The notes under the pieces were generated by a model. That model saw only the letters and a list, made by a program, of their open reading frames with translations. It was not told the DNA's origin and made no database searches. This document shows, one piece after another, positions 31,610-41,327 of a stretch of 64,000 nucleotides of DNA. Positions within the stretch are counted from its first letter, which is position 1, and every line of letters begins with the position of its first letter. The translations under genes and the position numbers were made by a program. Source of the DNA: Alphaproteobacteria bacterium (GTDB taxonomy: Bacteria > Pseudomonadota > Alphaproteobacteria > RF32 > CAG-239); contig JAFUSH010000034.1 of NCBI GenBank assembly GCA_017471705.1, forward strand, positions 43,934-107,933, read 5' to 3'.

Positions 31610-32135
31610 AACATAGCGGTTTTTTGCAAAAAATCAGGCGTAAAGCTGTGATTATCAGAAATATAACGTATCCCCAGATGAATGACAGCGAAAATATCAG
31701 GAACAGTCTTTTGAGATAAAGAAAAATATCCCAATTATTATCACTGAAACGATTTACTCTAAAGTAAATTTCATTGTGCGGAGCACCGCAGACACGCCAT
31801 CTGCCCATAACAACGACATTCCAAAATATGTGGTAACTCAAGTTTGCACATAGCATATACTCGCACATTGCTATCTTAGAGAGTCTCACTTTTTCATAAT
31901 CTTCTCCGAAATACCAACTGTTAGGACATTGTCTACGGTCTTGGATAATGTCATCTTTAGTGGCCAAATCAAAGAAAAGGCTGCGCCTAATACATAAAAA
32001 CAGAGAAATAACTACGCTTATAACAAAAAATATAACGGCGAATGTCAATAATCGCCACGGCAATACGGATAAAGAAAATTCCCAAAAATTATCCATATCG
32101 GCAAGCCAATCGGAAAAACCATAATTACTATTCAT
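31608..32135 (-). CDS. hypothetical membrane protein (175 aa, 2-3 TM, Cys/Trp-rich)
   Basis: ORF with TM segments. No family recognised. Confidence 0.4.
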   Translation of the reverse strand: MNSNYGFSDWLADMDNFWEFSLSVLPWRLLTFAVIFFVISVVISLFLCIRRSLFFDLATKDDIIQDRRQCPNSWYFGEDYEKVRLSKIAMCEYMLCANLSYHIFWNVVVMGRWRVCGAPHNEIYFRVNRFSDNNWDIFLYLKRLFLIFSLSFIWGYVIFLIITALRLIFCKKPLC

Positions 32136-32240
32136 AATCTTTGTATTTTAAAGTTTATAATAATCAAAATCTGATTGATTTATAACAAGAACTTAAAATA
32201 GTGTCAATGTTTTTGAAATAAGAGGAGTGTGGGCTTTGCT

Positions 32241-34538
32241 CTAAACTAGCTGAGTTTTATAAAGAGCGGCATATTCACCTTCTTTAGCCAGAAGTTTTTC
32301 GTGTGAACCGCGTTCAACGATTCGTCCGTTATTAACAACCGCTATATAATCGGCATTACGCACTGTCGAAAGACGGTGAGCTATAACCAGTACCGTGCGG
32401 TCTTTCATCAGATTATCGATAGCCTGTTGTACCACCGCTTCAGATTTATTATCTAAAGCTGACGTCGCTTCATCTAAAATCAGAATAGGGGCATTTTTGA
32501 TAAAAGCGCGGGCAATGGCGATTCGTTGTTTTTGTCCACCGGAAAGCATTACTCCGCGTTCACCGATTTGTGTATCGAGTCCGTTTTCCAAACTGTTAAC
32601 GAACTCTTCCAAACAGGCGGATTTGATAGCTCGATTCAATTGTTCATCACTGATATCTTGGCGATCGAAAATAATATTTTCCCTGATAGTTCCTCCGAAC
32701 AGGAAATTATCCTGAAATACAACGGCGATATTCTCACGCAAATTGCACAAATCAATGTCTTTGGTGTTTATACCGTCGATGGTAATTTCACCGTGATGGA
32801 TGTCATAAAATCTCGGTAACAGCATCGCAATGGTACTTTTTCCGCCGCCGGAATTTCCGACTAAAGCAACGGTTTGCCCCGATTTTATGTTCAGATTTAT
32901 GTGATTAAGCACATATTTGCCTTTAACGTAAGAAAACGTAACATCTTTGAAAGATATATCACCGTTGCATTTTTCCAAAAACACAGGATTTTCGGCATTA
33001 ATCACTTTAGGTTTGTAGTTGAGCGTTTGGAATACGCGCTCGACCGCCATCAACGACATAATAACTCCGCTAAGATTATTTCCGATTGACTTAAGCGGAT
33101 TATACAGCATTACCAGTGAAGTTATGAACGAGACAAAATTACCGACGGTAATTTGATGTTGAGTTATCAAATAACTGCCGTACCAAATTACCAGAGCAAT
33201 GCCGCAAGCCGAGATAGTGTGCATTAAAGGTGCGACAACACCGATTTTTTTCATCATTACCATCAGCATATTCATCATTCCGTCAGTTGTTTGCTTGAAT
33301 TTTTCCTTATAGATTTTGGATAAATTATAGGCGCTTACTATCCGGTTTCCGCCGAATATTTCATTAAAATGAGCATAGAGAGCTGCTATAAAGTTAACGT
33401 CCTGTCTAACAGCAGTTTTCAATTTTTTCCGCATTTGCGTAACCGGATAAAAAGTCAAAATCAGAATGACAATGGCAACAATTGCCAGTTTCCAAGAGTT
33501 ATACAAAAGCACTATAATGAGTGATATTGAAGAAAAAAAACGCGTGGAAAATAAACGCATACTGTTGAGTAGTCCGCCGCAAGCCATTTCGGCATCGCGA
33601 TTAAAACGCATCAATACCATTCCGGAATCGGTCTTATCAAAGAATGAAGCGTCGTTATGTACCAGCCTGTCAAATAGTTTTCTCTTAATATCCAGTGCAA
33701 TTCGGTTACCCACCCAAGTGTTCATATAAGTAGCAATATAGGTGAACACAGCTTGCAAAACACTAAAAGTAATAATCATCAGCGGAATATAACTTGTCCA
33801 GCCAGTCTGCTGTTCAACTAACACTACATCCATAAATGGTTTTAATGACCACGCTATAACCGCATCCATAGAGCCGATGGGAATGGTTATGCCTACAGCT
33901 AATACGGCTCTAATCCAATAAGGTTTGGCGTAAGGCAATATAAGCGAATAGTTTTTTAACGAATAAATAGACAGCATTTTTTGCTTAATTTTGTCACGTA
34001 TTAGATAACATACAAAAATAAGCAACAAAATTCCCAAATAAACACCGGCAACAATTCCGAAACGAAGAAGTTTAAAAACAGAAGTGTTTTGCGGATAACA
34101 ATTACGGCATAATTCTATTTGCGTTATATCCGTAACGTCAAAAGAAATATTATTGGAGCTGTTGTTAATCACTTTTAATTTATCGTCTGTCGGTTGCATA
34201 TCGGTAAGATGGATTCCTTGCAAAAACACGTCGGAAATATGCAACGAGCCTGTATAATGTTTTATGGTAACATCTATATTTTTAATTTCCGGAGTATTGA
34301 TTTTGATTTTCTGCAGAACAGGCTGACCTTCCAACTGCGGATATACGGAAATAACATTTTTATCATCATCATTATAAGTATATGTTATATCAACATAAGG
34401 TTCGCCTTTGCCGTTTAAGAAAAAAGACAAATTTAAATCATTCGGACCATACCAAAAGCAAAAAGTTGCTCCGATAAATAACAAAAAGCCACCTAAAGTG
34501 TATGCAATAATTTTCAACAAGTACGATTTATTTCTCAT
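32241..34538 (-). CDS. ABC exporter, fused TMD-NBD (MsbA/ABCB type), with an extra ~180-aa N-terminal TM plus extracytoplasmic domain
   Basis: Walker A GNSGGGKST, signature LSGGQKQRIAIARA, Walker B ILILDEATSALD. The 6-TM exporter domain is preceded by an additional N-terminal module. Confidence 0.8.
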   Translation of the reverse strand: MRNKSYLLKIIAYTLGGFLLFIGATFCFWYGPNDLNLSFFLNGKGEPYVDITYTYNDDDKNVISVYPQLEGQPVLQKIKINTPEIKNIDVTIKHYTGSLHISDVFLQGIHLTDMQPTDDKLKVINNSSNNISFDVTDITQIELCRNCYPQNTSVFKLLRFGIVAGVYLGILLLIFVCYLIRDKIKQKMLSIYSLKNYSLILPYAKPYWIRAVLAVGITIPIGSMDAVIAWSLKPFMDVVLVEQQTGWTSYIPLMIITFSVLQAVFTYIATYMNTWVGNRIALDIKRKLFDRLVHNDASFFDKTDSGMVLMRFNRDAEMACGGLLNSMRLFSTRFFSSISLIIVLLYNSWKLAIVAIVILILTFYPVTQMRKKLKTAVRQDVNFIAALYAHFNEIFGGNRIVSAYNLSKIYKEKFKQTTDGMMNMLMVMMKKIGVVAPLMHTISACGIALVIWYGSYLITQHQITVGNFVSFITSLVMLYNPLKSIGNNLSGVIMSLMAVERVFQTLNYKPKVINAENPVFLEKCNGDISFKDVTFSYVKGKYVLNHINLNIKSGQTVALVGNSGGGKSTIAMLLPRFYDIHHGEITIDGINTKDIDLCNLRENIAVVFQDNFLFGGTIRENIIFDRQDISDEQLNRAIKSACLEEFVNSLENGLDTQIGERGVMLSGGQKQRIAIARAFIKNAPILILDEATSALDNKSEAVVQQAIDNLMKDRTVLVIAHRLSTVRNADYIAVVNNGRIVERGSHEKLLAKEGEYAALYKTQLV

Positions 34539-34597
34539 AGTAGAGATATATATAATATTTTTTTATTACTGGCAATATTAATTTTAGTTATGCAAAA

Positions 34598-35032
34598 TCA
34601 GATGATTTCTCTATCCCTTTTAAGCATTACCTTGTTTAAATCAACCGAACACCGCTCAATTGTTTTTACACCGTATTCGTTGGGAAATTCGGCGGAAAAT
34701 ACTTTGCAGAAATTGTCAAGAGCCTTATCTTTTGTCATTTTAGGATTTTTTTGCTGCACTAATTTTATGTATTTGTTCATAATCATATACAGCTTGTCAT
34801 TGGTCGACAGATTATTATTCATTATTGCGTGGCTGCTGCCGATGGCGGCTCCCAGATTTATACTGGTCGGATTAACTCGCAGATCTTGATTTTTTCGTTC
34901 CAAAAAAGTGCGTTTGTCGTGCGAATCATCAATGGCCTCTTTAGCCAATTGCACAAGTTTTTTCTCATCATCAGCCATCATATCAAGCTTGAGGATGAAT
35001 TTTAACCCTTCGGTATTCTTCTTATCAGTCAT
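34598..35032 (-). CDS. hypothetical protein (144 aa)
   Basis: ORF only. No recognisable motifs. Confidence 0.4.
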   Translation of the reverse strand: MTDKKNTEGLKFILKLDMMADDEKKLVQLAKEAIDDSHDKRTFLERKNQDLRVNPTSINLGAAIGSSHAIMNNNLSTNDKLYMIMNKYIKLVQQKNPKMTKDKALDNFCKVFSAEFPNEYGVKTIERCSVDLNKVMLKRDREII

Positions 35033-35219
35033 AACGCACCTCCATAATTATATAGCGCAATTATACCATAAATCAGAAGCCATTTCAATAGCATATTTTC
35101 CGGATATTAAGTAATTTTCAATATAATAAAGATACTGTATAACAAAATATTAATCATAGACAAAGTATACATTTGTAAAGTATAAAATATAGAAAAGAAA
35201 GTTACAAAGGAGAATATAA

Positions 35220-36188
35220 ATGAGCAGAATTAATGACGTGTTTTATTCGGATATATACATTACGCCGGAGAAAATGATGTTTGTACCGGATCCGAATACG
35301 GAATGCGGTTTGATGCAGATATTTCCGGAAGATTTTGACGATTTTTATTCTTTATTGGAGAGAGCGTATGATAAGAATCCCAGTTATTCGATAATTTATG
35401 AAGGATTCTTTTTCCGTGTTGAGCGTTCTGTTTCTATGTACGGTATTACTTTCTGTATGCGTAAAATGCCAAAAAAGGTTCCGGACTTGGATATTTTGGG
35501 CTATCCGCCGGCATTGATTGATTATCTGGCAGGTTTAGGCAAGGCATCGGGATTGATTTTACTATGCGGTGCTACCGGTTCGGGAAAGACAACCACCATA
35601 TCCAGTTTGTTACGTGAATATTTAATTCAGCACGGCGGTTTTGCCTACACTATTGAAGATCCGTTTGAAATGCCTTTGGATGGTGAATATAAGGCAATGA
35701 ACGGTTCTATAGGTGTGTGCAAACAAACTCAGCCGATTAACGATGATTGGGGGGCTTCGCTCCGTTCAGCTTTACGTTCTCGCCCTCGTTACATTATGGT
35801 GGGTGAGATTCGTAATCCGGCAGCCGCCAGCGAATGTTTGCGCGCTGCAACATCAGGTCACCTCGTGCTTTCCACAATTCACGCCAATAATGTTGCCGAT
35901 GCGATTGACGCCATTGTTAAGCACGCTTCCGCCGGTGAAATGAGTGAAGATTTGGCATTTGACTTGTTGTCACGCGGAATTTTGGGAATTGTTCACCAAG
36001 CGCTTATCGGCACCGGTCAAAAACGTCCGGTAGTGCAGTATTTGTTTGCTAATCCGAATACCACTAAAGGGGATCAAACCAGAAACATTATCAAGACCGG
36101 AAAAATTAACGTATCTACAACCATTGAAATGCAGATGACGCGTATGGCACAAGGGCGCCCGCTGTTTGATAAGCCGGAAATAGGCTAA
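35220..36188 (+). CDS. PilT/BfpF/VirB11-family hexameric secretion ATPase (short form, 322 aa)
   Basis: Walker A CGATGSGKTTT, Asp box YTIEDPFEMPL, Walker B YIMVGEIRN, His box GHLVLSTIHANN. Confidence 0.7.
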   Translation: MSRINDVFYSDIYITPEKMMFVPDPNTECGLMQIFPEDFDDFYSLLERAYDKNPSYSIIYEGFFFRVERSVSMYGITFCMRKMPKKVPDLDILGYPPALIDYLAGLGKASGLILLCGATGSGKTTTISSLLREYLIQHGGFAYTIEDPFEMPLDGEYKAMNGSIGVCKQTQPINDDWGASLRSALRSRPRYIMVGEIRNPAAASECLRAATSGHLVLSTIHANNVADAIDAIVKHASAGEMSEDLAFDLLSRGILGIVHQALIGTGQKRPVVQYLFANPNTTKGDQTRNIIKTGKINVSTTIEMQMTRMAQGRPLFDKPEIG

Positions 36189-36191
36189 AGT

Positions 36192-36743
36192 TTATTGGAA
36201 ATTCCATATAATGGTATTTTCTGTCGGCTGGCATACGTCGCGAGCCGCATATTTTGCCACGGGTAAGAAATGCTTGTCACCGTCCCATTCAAAATCAGTA
36301 GAGCCTTTTGAGTTTATTACAGTTATTTTCTGTAAGCTGAGCAGCTGTTCTTTGTTTGCTTTGGTTTCAACTAAACCTATACAGGCTGATTTATTTACTC
36401 CCGCCAAAACTATATCAAAAGTTAAATCTGACGGTAACGCGGTATTACCGTCGACTCCTATTCCGATTTTAAAATCATATTCAGTGTGTCTGAGCAATTC
36501 ATCGCTTACCAATTTATCGTCAATCGCCGTTTCGGTATTCAATTTCCAATAATTGGGATAATCGCGATAATATGCGTGGATATTATCGGCAGTTTGAAAA
36601 ATATGCTCGTGCAGCTTTTGATAAGGGTTGTGCAATAACAGGTAAATCAATGTAATCAAGACCAAGAACAACGATATTATTATAATTAATCCGTTATAAT
36701 TTGTCAGCCTGAGCCTTCTTAAATCTACATACAATTTACTCAT
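36192..36743 (-). CDS. candidate type IVb prepilin-like protein (PilS position); start taken at MSKLYV
   Basis: An 18-aa basic leader ending in G, followed by a ~20-aa hydrophobic segment (NYNG|LIIIISLFLVLITLIYLLL). The C-terminal half contains two Cys ~50 aa apart. It is the last gene of the pil-like operon, after the platform gene. It lacks the canonical Glu5. Confidence 0.35.
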   Translation of the reverse strand: MSKLYVDLRRLRLTNYNGLIIIISLFLVLITLIYLLLHNPYQKLHEHIFQTADNIHAYYRDYPNYWKLNTETAIDDKLVSDELLRHTEYDFKIGIGVDGNTALPSDLTFDIVLAGVNKSACIGLVETKANKEQLLSLQKITVINSKGSTDFEWDGDKHFLPVAKYAARDVCQPTENTIIWNFQ

Positions 36744-36744
36744 A

Positions 36745-37866
36745 TTATGCTTTACCCATAGAACTCGTGATTTGATCCTGCATATCGAAGGTACCGAACA
36801 CCGCCCAAGCAATAACCGCGGATACGAACAGCATTGCCACAACGTTCATTATTTCGGCTTTTTGTTCAATCATATAAACCGAATCTTCCAACCAGTCATT
36901 AGCCAATTTATCAAGCGCTTCTTCAAAGTTATCCAATTCGGAGTATATTTTCAAATCAGATATGACCTGCTTATCAGGAAATTCCTGACCGGCTTTAGCC
37001 AACGCCTGCCCCAAGTTATCACCGTTTTTAATATGGAACAAAGCTCCGTCGATGCGGTCACGAAGATATTTGTTGGCATCTTTTCTTAAAGAAGAAAGAG
37101 CGACAGATACCGGAACACCGCCCTTTACCAAAGCGGATAAAGCCAAAAGCCAAGTAATTCCGGTGAATATTTTATATAAAGACCACGGCGGAAAACGGTC
37201 AAATTTAACTCTGATTTTACCCGACCAGAAACCGATGGTTATATAAATTACCGAACCTATGGCAGGGAAAAAAGCGAAAGCGGCAATCCAGTTTTTCTGA
37301 ATCCAGCCTGATAAATCAACCAAAGAACGAGCCGTACCGGTCCAAATGGTATCCGGCGCCGCGCTGAGCATCGGAGGTACCATATATACACCGATAGCAT
37401 ACAAAATGAGAACGGAAGCCATCAATAAGAAGGAAGGGTACGCAATAGCACTCACAATCGGACGAATCATACGGGTTGAGCCTTCACTAACTTTAATAAG
37501 GTTTAATAAGGCGCTTTCCAAATCGGAAACATCACCCACCGAAAGCATTAAGCGCTCGCGGTTAGGCGCCCATCCTTTAAGAGCATCGGAAAACGGATGA
37601 CCTTCCTGCAGAGCGCGTCCCCAAGCGCTGACGGCAATAGCCATAGGCTCATTCGGACTTTGACCCTCATCGGATAAACCGTTGTAAATCATATCAAGAG
37701 CATTCATCAATGAAAAACGGTTACGCAGTAAGGCTGCTAATTTGCGATAGATTTTAAGACGCCCTTTGTTAGAAAAATTGCACATAAATTTTGCATAACC
37801 CATCAACCACTCGTTGGTGTTCATCATCGCACGGCTAAAGGCACTTTTTTTCTTTATTTCAGGCAT
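36745..37866 (-). CDS. GspF/PilC-family inner-membrane platform protein (R64 PilR / BfpE / TcpE-like)
   Basis: 373 aa. Two T2SSF-like repeats with 3 TM segments (AYPSFLLMASVLILYAIGVYMVPPM). Adjacent to the GspE-type ATPase. Confidence 0.7.
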   Translation of the reverse strand: MPEIKKKSAFSRAMMNTNEWLMGYAKFMCNFSNKGRLKIYRKLAALLRNRFSLMNALDMIYNGLSDEGQSPNEPMAIAVSAWGRALQEGHPFSDALKGWAPNRERLMLSVGDVSDLESALLNLIKVSEGSTRMIRPIVSAIAYPSFLLMASVLILYAIGVYMVPPMLSAAPDTIWTGTARSLVDLSGWIQKNWIAAFAFFPAIGSVIYITIGFWSGKIRVKFDRFPPWSLYKIFTGITWLLALSALVKGGVPVSVALSSLRKDANKYLRDRIDGALFHIKNGDNLGQALAKAGQEFPDKQVISDLKIYSELDNFEEALDKLANDWLEDSVYMIEQKAEIMNVVAMLFVSAVIAWAVFGTFDMQDQITSSMGKA

Positions 37867-37877
37867 ATTTCAAACTC

Positions 37878-39689
37878 CTAATAAATCGGACGCTGATCAA
37901 GCAAACCGCACCAACGCTCTACCTCGTCAATATCAATATAGCCTTTGAGCATTCGCTCAATTGCGGCATCCCTGAGCGGACGACCGTTCAATTCACTGAC
38001 CCAATAGTCAATAGCTTCTTTAGTATTTCCCTCAATCATCAAATGTAAGAAGTGGGCATCCGGCAAAATGATTTCCGGAACGGACATACGACCTATAACT
38101 CCCTTACCGTTGCAGTATTTACATCCTTCGCCGCGCATATAGGTGTTTTCCACACCGAAGTCGCCCAAAGCGGTTTTTAAACGTTTATAAGCCGCGGAAG
38201 ATTTTTTATCTTTAATCGAAACTCGGCAATAAGGACAAATCTTTCGGAATAATCGTTGAGAAACAAGACCTTTCATAATTTCAGGATCTTCCAACATATA
38301 ATGACGCACACCCATATCACGCAAACGAGTGATAATCGCCGGTGCCGAGTTGGCGTGCAGTGTCGTCCACACACTGTGACCTGACAAAGCGCCGCGGAAC
38401 ACCAGTGAAGCTGCTGATAACGTACGAATTTCGCCGACCATTAAAACATCAGGGTCTGAACGAAGTGCTGCTGACAGGGCTTTTGTAAACTCTTCATCTT
38501 TTTCTTCTTCGGTGGAAGCATTGGTAACCGGCATTTGTCTTGCTCCCGGAATCGGGTACTCAGGCGGGTCTTCCACGGTAATAACGTTAATTTCTCCTTT
38601 GTGTTCCTGCAGTAATTTAATCATATTGCGTTGCAAGGTGGTTGACTTACCTGAACCGGTAGGTCCGGCAATAACTTTAAGCCCTGTGGCATTGGCACGC
38701 AAACGATAGAACAAATCAAGTTCTCGGGTACCCAAACCCAGTGAACGCAAATCACTCTCACCGTTAGGGTTATCATCAGCGTACAACAAACGCATTACCA
38801 AATATTGCGAACCGAATGCAATAGGGTTGAACTGCAAACGAATAGCCAAAATGTTATGAGGTAATCTCAACTTACCATTGGTACCGCGTAAAGGTGTTGA
38901 ACCTAATTTTTGTGCGCCCTGAAATTCATTTTTGGCATAGTTGGCATCGGAAATATCGGCAGAAGCAAATGCGGCACGCACAAACGCCTCTCCCCATTCC
39001 TTAGAGTATTCAAGCTCGCGCTCCATCATACCGTTTATACGGAACAAAATAAGAGTAGAATCGGCAACTACAACGTGAATATCGGAAACTTTATGAATGG
39101 CTGCACGGGATATAACACTCAAAAAGTCGATTTGCATCTGGTAGTCAGATGTCTCTTCGGCAGAGATGTTAATTTGTCCCATACCGCGCTCGGCATAGGC
39201 ATATATGGCAGATATTTCGGCAGCAGAAAAATATCTCGGAGTTGCAACCGGAATTTTACGCCGCTTCATCGTGGCGACAAAGTTAAGCACTTTACCGTCA
39301 TATTTGTGAGCCTCATCGACAATATACGTACCGTCGGAAAACAACGCCAGCATATGACGAGTTTCGCTGTCAACACTGACCGGTCCGTTTTCAACGGTTA
39401 TAAGTCTGTTGTCGTTGGAAAAAAGCATTTGAAAAAGATTCTGGTTCTCCGCAGCATCTTCGGCAGAATCATCAATAATATCCTCATTTTTTCGTCTTAC
39501 CGGTGCATTTTGCACGGCGAGCTCGCCGGAATCTGCTTTAGCTACGTCCTTATCATTATCTTTTTTCTTTTTATTTGCACTGTCCGGCAAAGCATCTCCG
39601 GCGGGTTTTTCACTGTCGGAATTCCCTAAAATCTTGGATATGTCTTCGTCAACTACGACAACATCATTATTTTTATTTTCTTCAACCAT
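37878..39689 (-). CDS. GspE/PilB-family pilus assembly ATPase with C-terminal tetracysteine zinc motif (R64 PilQ-like)
   Basis: Walker A GPTGSGKSTT, Asp box ITVEDPPEY, Walker B VLMVGEIRT, His box GHSVWTTLHANS, and CPYC...CKYC. Confidence 0.85.
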   Translation of the reverse strand: MVEENKNNDVVVVDEDISKILGNSDSEKPAGDALPDSANKKKKDNDKDVAKADSGELAVQNAPVRRKNEDIIDDSAEDAAENQNLFQMLFSNDNRLITVENGPVSVDSETRHMLALFSDGTYIVDEAHKYDGKVLNFVATMKRRKIPVATPRYFSAAEISAIYAYAERGMGQINISAEETSDYQMQIDFLSVISRAAIHKVSDIHVVVADSTLILFRINGMMERELEYSKEWGEAFVRAAFASADISDANYAKNEFQGAQKLGSTPLRGTNGKLRLPHNILAIRLQFNPIAFGSQYLVMRLLYADDNPNGESDLRSLGLGTRELDLFYRLRANATGLKVIAGPTGSGKSTTLQRNMIKLLQEHKGEINVITVEDPPEYPIPGARQMPVTNASTEEEKDEEFTKALSAALRSDPDVLMVGEIRTLSAASLVFRGALSGHSVWTTLHANSAPAIITRLRDMGVRHYMLEDPEIMKGLVSQRLFRKICPYCRVSIKDKKSSAAYKRLKTALGDFGVENTYMRGEGCKYCNGKGVIGRMSVPEIILPDAHFLHLMIEGNTKEAIDYWVSELNGRPLRDAAIERMLKGYIDIDEVERWCGLLDQRPIY

Positions 39690-39698
39690 AATTGCCTT

Positions 39699-41327
39699 TT
39701 ATTGTACAAATGTTCCCGAACCGAAAGAAAGATTTCCGTTAGTTTTTTTCGGTTGCTTTATCAACACCGGAGCATTTTCATCGACAGCGCCTTTACCAAA
39801 AGTATTCGAAAAATTACCTTTAATTATTTGTTTGTCGGTTTGCTCAGGAGTCTTATCCGAACCGTTGAAAGTTACCATCGGTTCATATTCCATTACAGTG
39901 CCTCCGGTATATAAGTAGCTCTGAACCCCGTTATTGTCAAATGAAATATAATGATCTGTGATAGAAGTAACCACTTCTCCGTTTCTAAGCTTAGATCCTT
40001 TGTGAATTATGAAAGTACTGCCGTCGCGGCTTACGAGTTTGGCAATGACGTCGTCGCCTTTTCCCGTAATATCCATAATTGCATAGTCTTTAGACATATC
40101 AATCGCATCTTCGCCCGGAGTACCGTTATCCGAGAAAGGATTGGAAAGTTGTTTGATTTCATCTTCTCTTTCGAGCATAGAAGACTTCAGTTGATTAATA
40201 TTGTTATTCAGAAGTTCCATTTTATGATTGAAAACTCTAACTGAATTTTCGCTCAAAGTTTCCAACTCCGCCGTTTTGGCATTGAGTTGAGATATCTTGT
40301 CAAGAGAAGCACTTTGGAGAGCTGCTTTTTCTTCTTCAAGCTCGTGTATTCTCTTTTGCAATTCTGCATTTTTAGCCACCCATTGCTGGTTAACTACCAA
40401 CATTTCGTTCATATAGTCTTTCACTATTTGAGCCTGACGAACTTTTTCCAGTTCTATTTCTTTTTGCTTTAATTTTTCTTGTTCGGCGACAATCATTGCC
40501 TGACGCTCTGCCTCCATATCTTTAGCTCTTTCTTCTTCAGCCTTCATTCTCAAATCTTCTTCCTGCTGAGCTTTCAGACGAGCGGCACGTAAAGCTTCAA
40601 CCTTGCTTTTCAACTCCTCTCTGCGTAATTCCAGACGCAATAAGGTGGTTTGTTTTTCAATATTCGACATTTGATTAAATAAATCGTTGTCTACTTTTGA
40701 AAGCACGGAGTTGCCGAAACTTTCGAAAGGCGATTTTGCTTCACCGATTTCCGGAATTACATCATCTACTTCCGCCGTAGAGTCAATTTGCGCCTTATTG
40801 GCATCTGTTTCCAACGAATCGAGACTGTCATCATCAGGGAAAGGCTGAACATCCAACAGCGGAGACGGAACCGCGGCCGGTTTTTCCATTGACGGCTTTT
40901 CATCAACTTTTTTGCCGGCAATCGGTAAATCGGAGTTCATCGGTAAATCAGCAAGATTGTCTTGCTTAGGAGCAAATGTTTCTTCAGGTGAAACTTCATT
41001 GAGAAAATTCAAATCATCAGTATCTTCACCTTCAGTCTCATCTTCAGATGTTAAATCTTCTGCCGGAGCAACCGGAATCTCGTCCTTAACTTCCGGAAAT
41101 TTCTCTTCGGAACCGTCAGATGATATATCAATATCCTGATTTTCTTCGGCACTGTCGTCCGCAATTTCATCAAGCCCCAATAACTCATCACTGATATCTA
41201 CATCGGCGGCTGCCTGATTTGCCGAAGGTATCTCTTCTTTGGCATAACCGGTACCGATACCCGCAACTGTTATTATAAAAGCGCAGGCAATAAGTACTGT
41301 AATTTTATTATTCAGGTTGTTTTTCAT
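39699..41327 (-). CDS. secreted acidic coiled-coil protein with a C-terminal beta-rich domain (PilP-like position)
   Basis: Signal peptide, a ~200-aa acidic low-complexity region, ~180 aa of coiled coil, and a C-terminal ~130-aa domain. It sits between the PilO-like gene and the ATPase, as in the R64 pilO-pilP-pilQ order. Confidence 0.35.
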   Translation of the reverse strand: MKNNLNNKITVLIACAFIITVAGIGTGYAKEEIPSANQAAADVDISDELLGLDEIADDSAEENQDIDISSDGSEEKFPEVKDEIPVAPAEDLTSEDETEGEDTDDLNFLNEVSPEETFAPKQDNLADLPMNSDLPIAGKKVDEKPSMEKPAAVPSPLLDVQPFPDDDSLDSLETDANKAQIDSTAEVDDVIPEIGEAKSPFESFGNSVLSKVDNDLFNQMSNIEKQTTLLRLELRREELKSKVEALRAARLKAQQEEDLRMKAEEERAKDMEAERQAMIVAEQEKLKQKEIELEKVRQAQIVKDYMNEMLVVNQQWVAKNAELQKRIHELEEEKAALQSASLDKISQLNAKTAELETLSENSVRVFNHKMELLNNNINQLKSSMLEREDEIKQLSNPFSDNGTPGEDAIDMSKDYAIMDITGKGDDVIAKLVSRDGSTFIIHKGSKLRNGEVVTSITDHYISFDNNGVQSYLYTGGTVMEYEPMVTFNGSDKTPEQTDKQIIKGNFSNTFGKGAVDENAPVLIKQPKKTNGNLSFGSGTFVQ

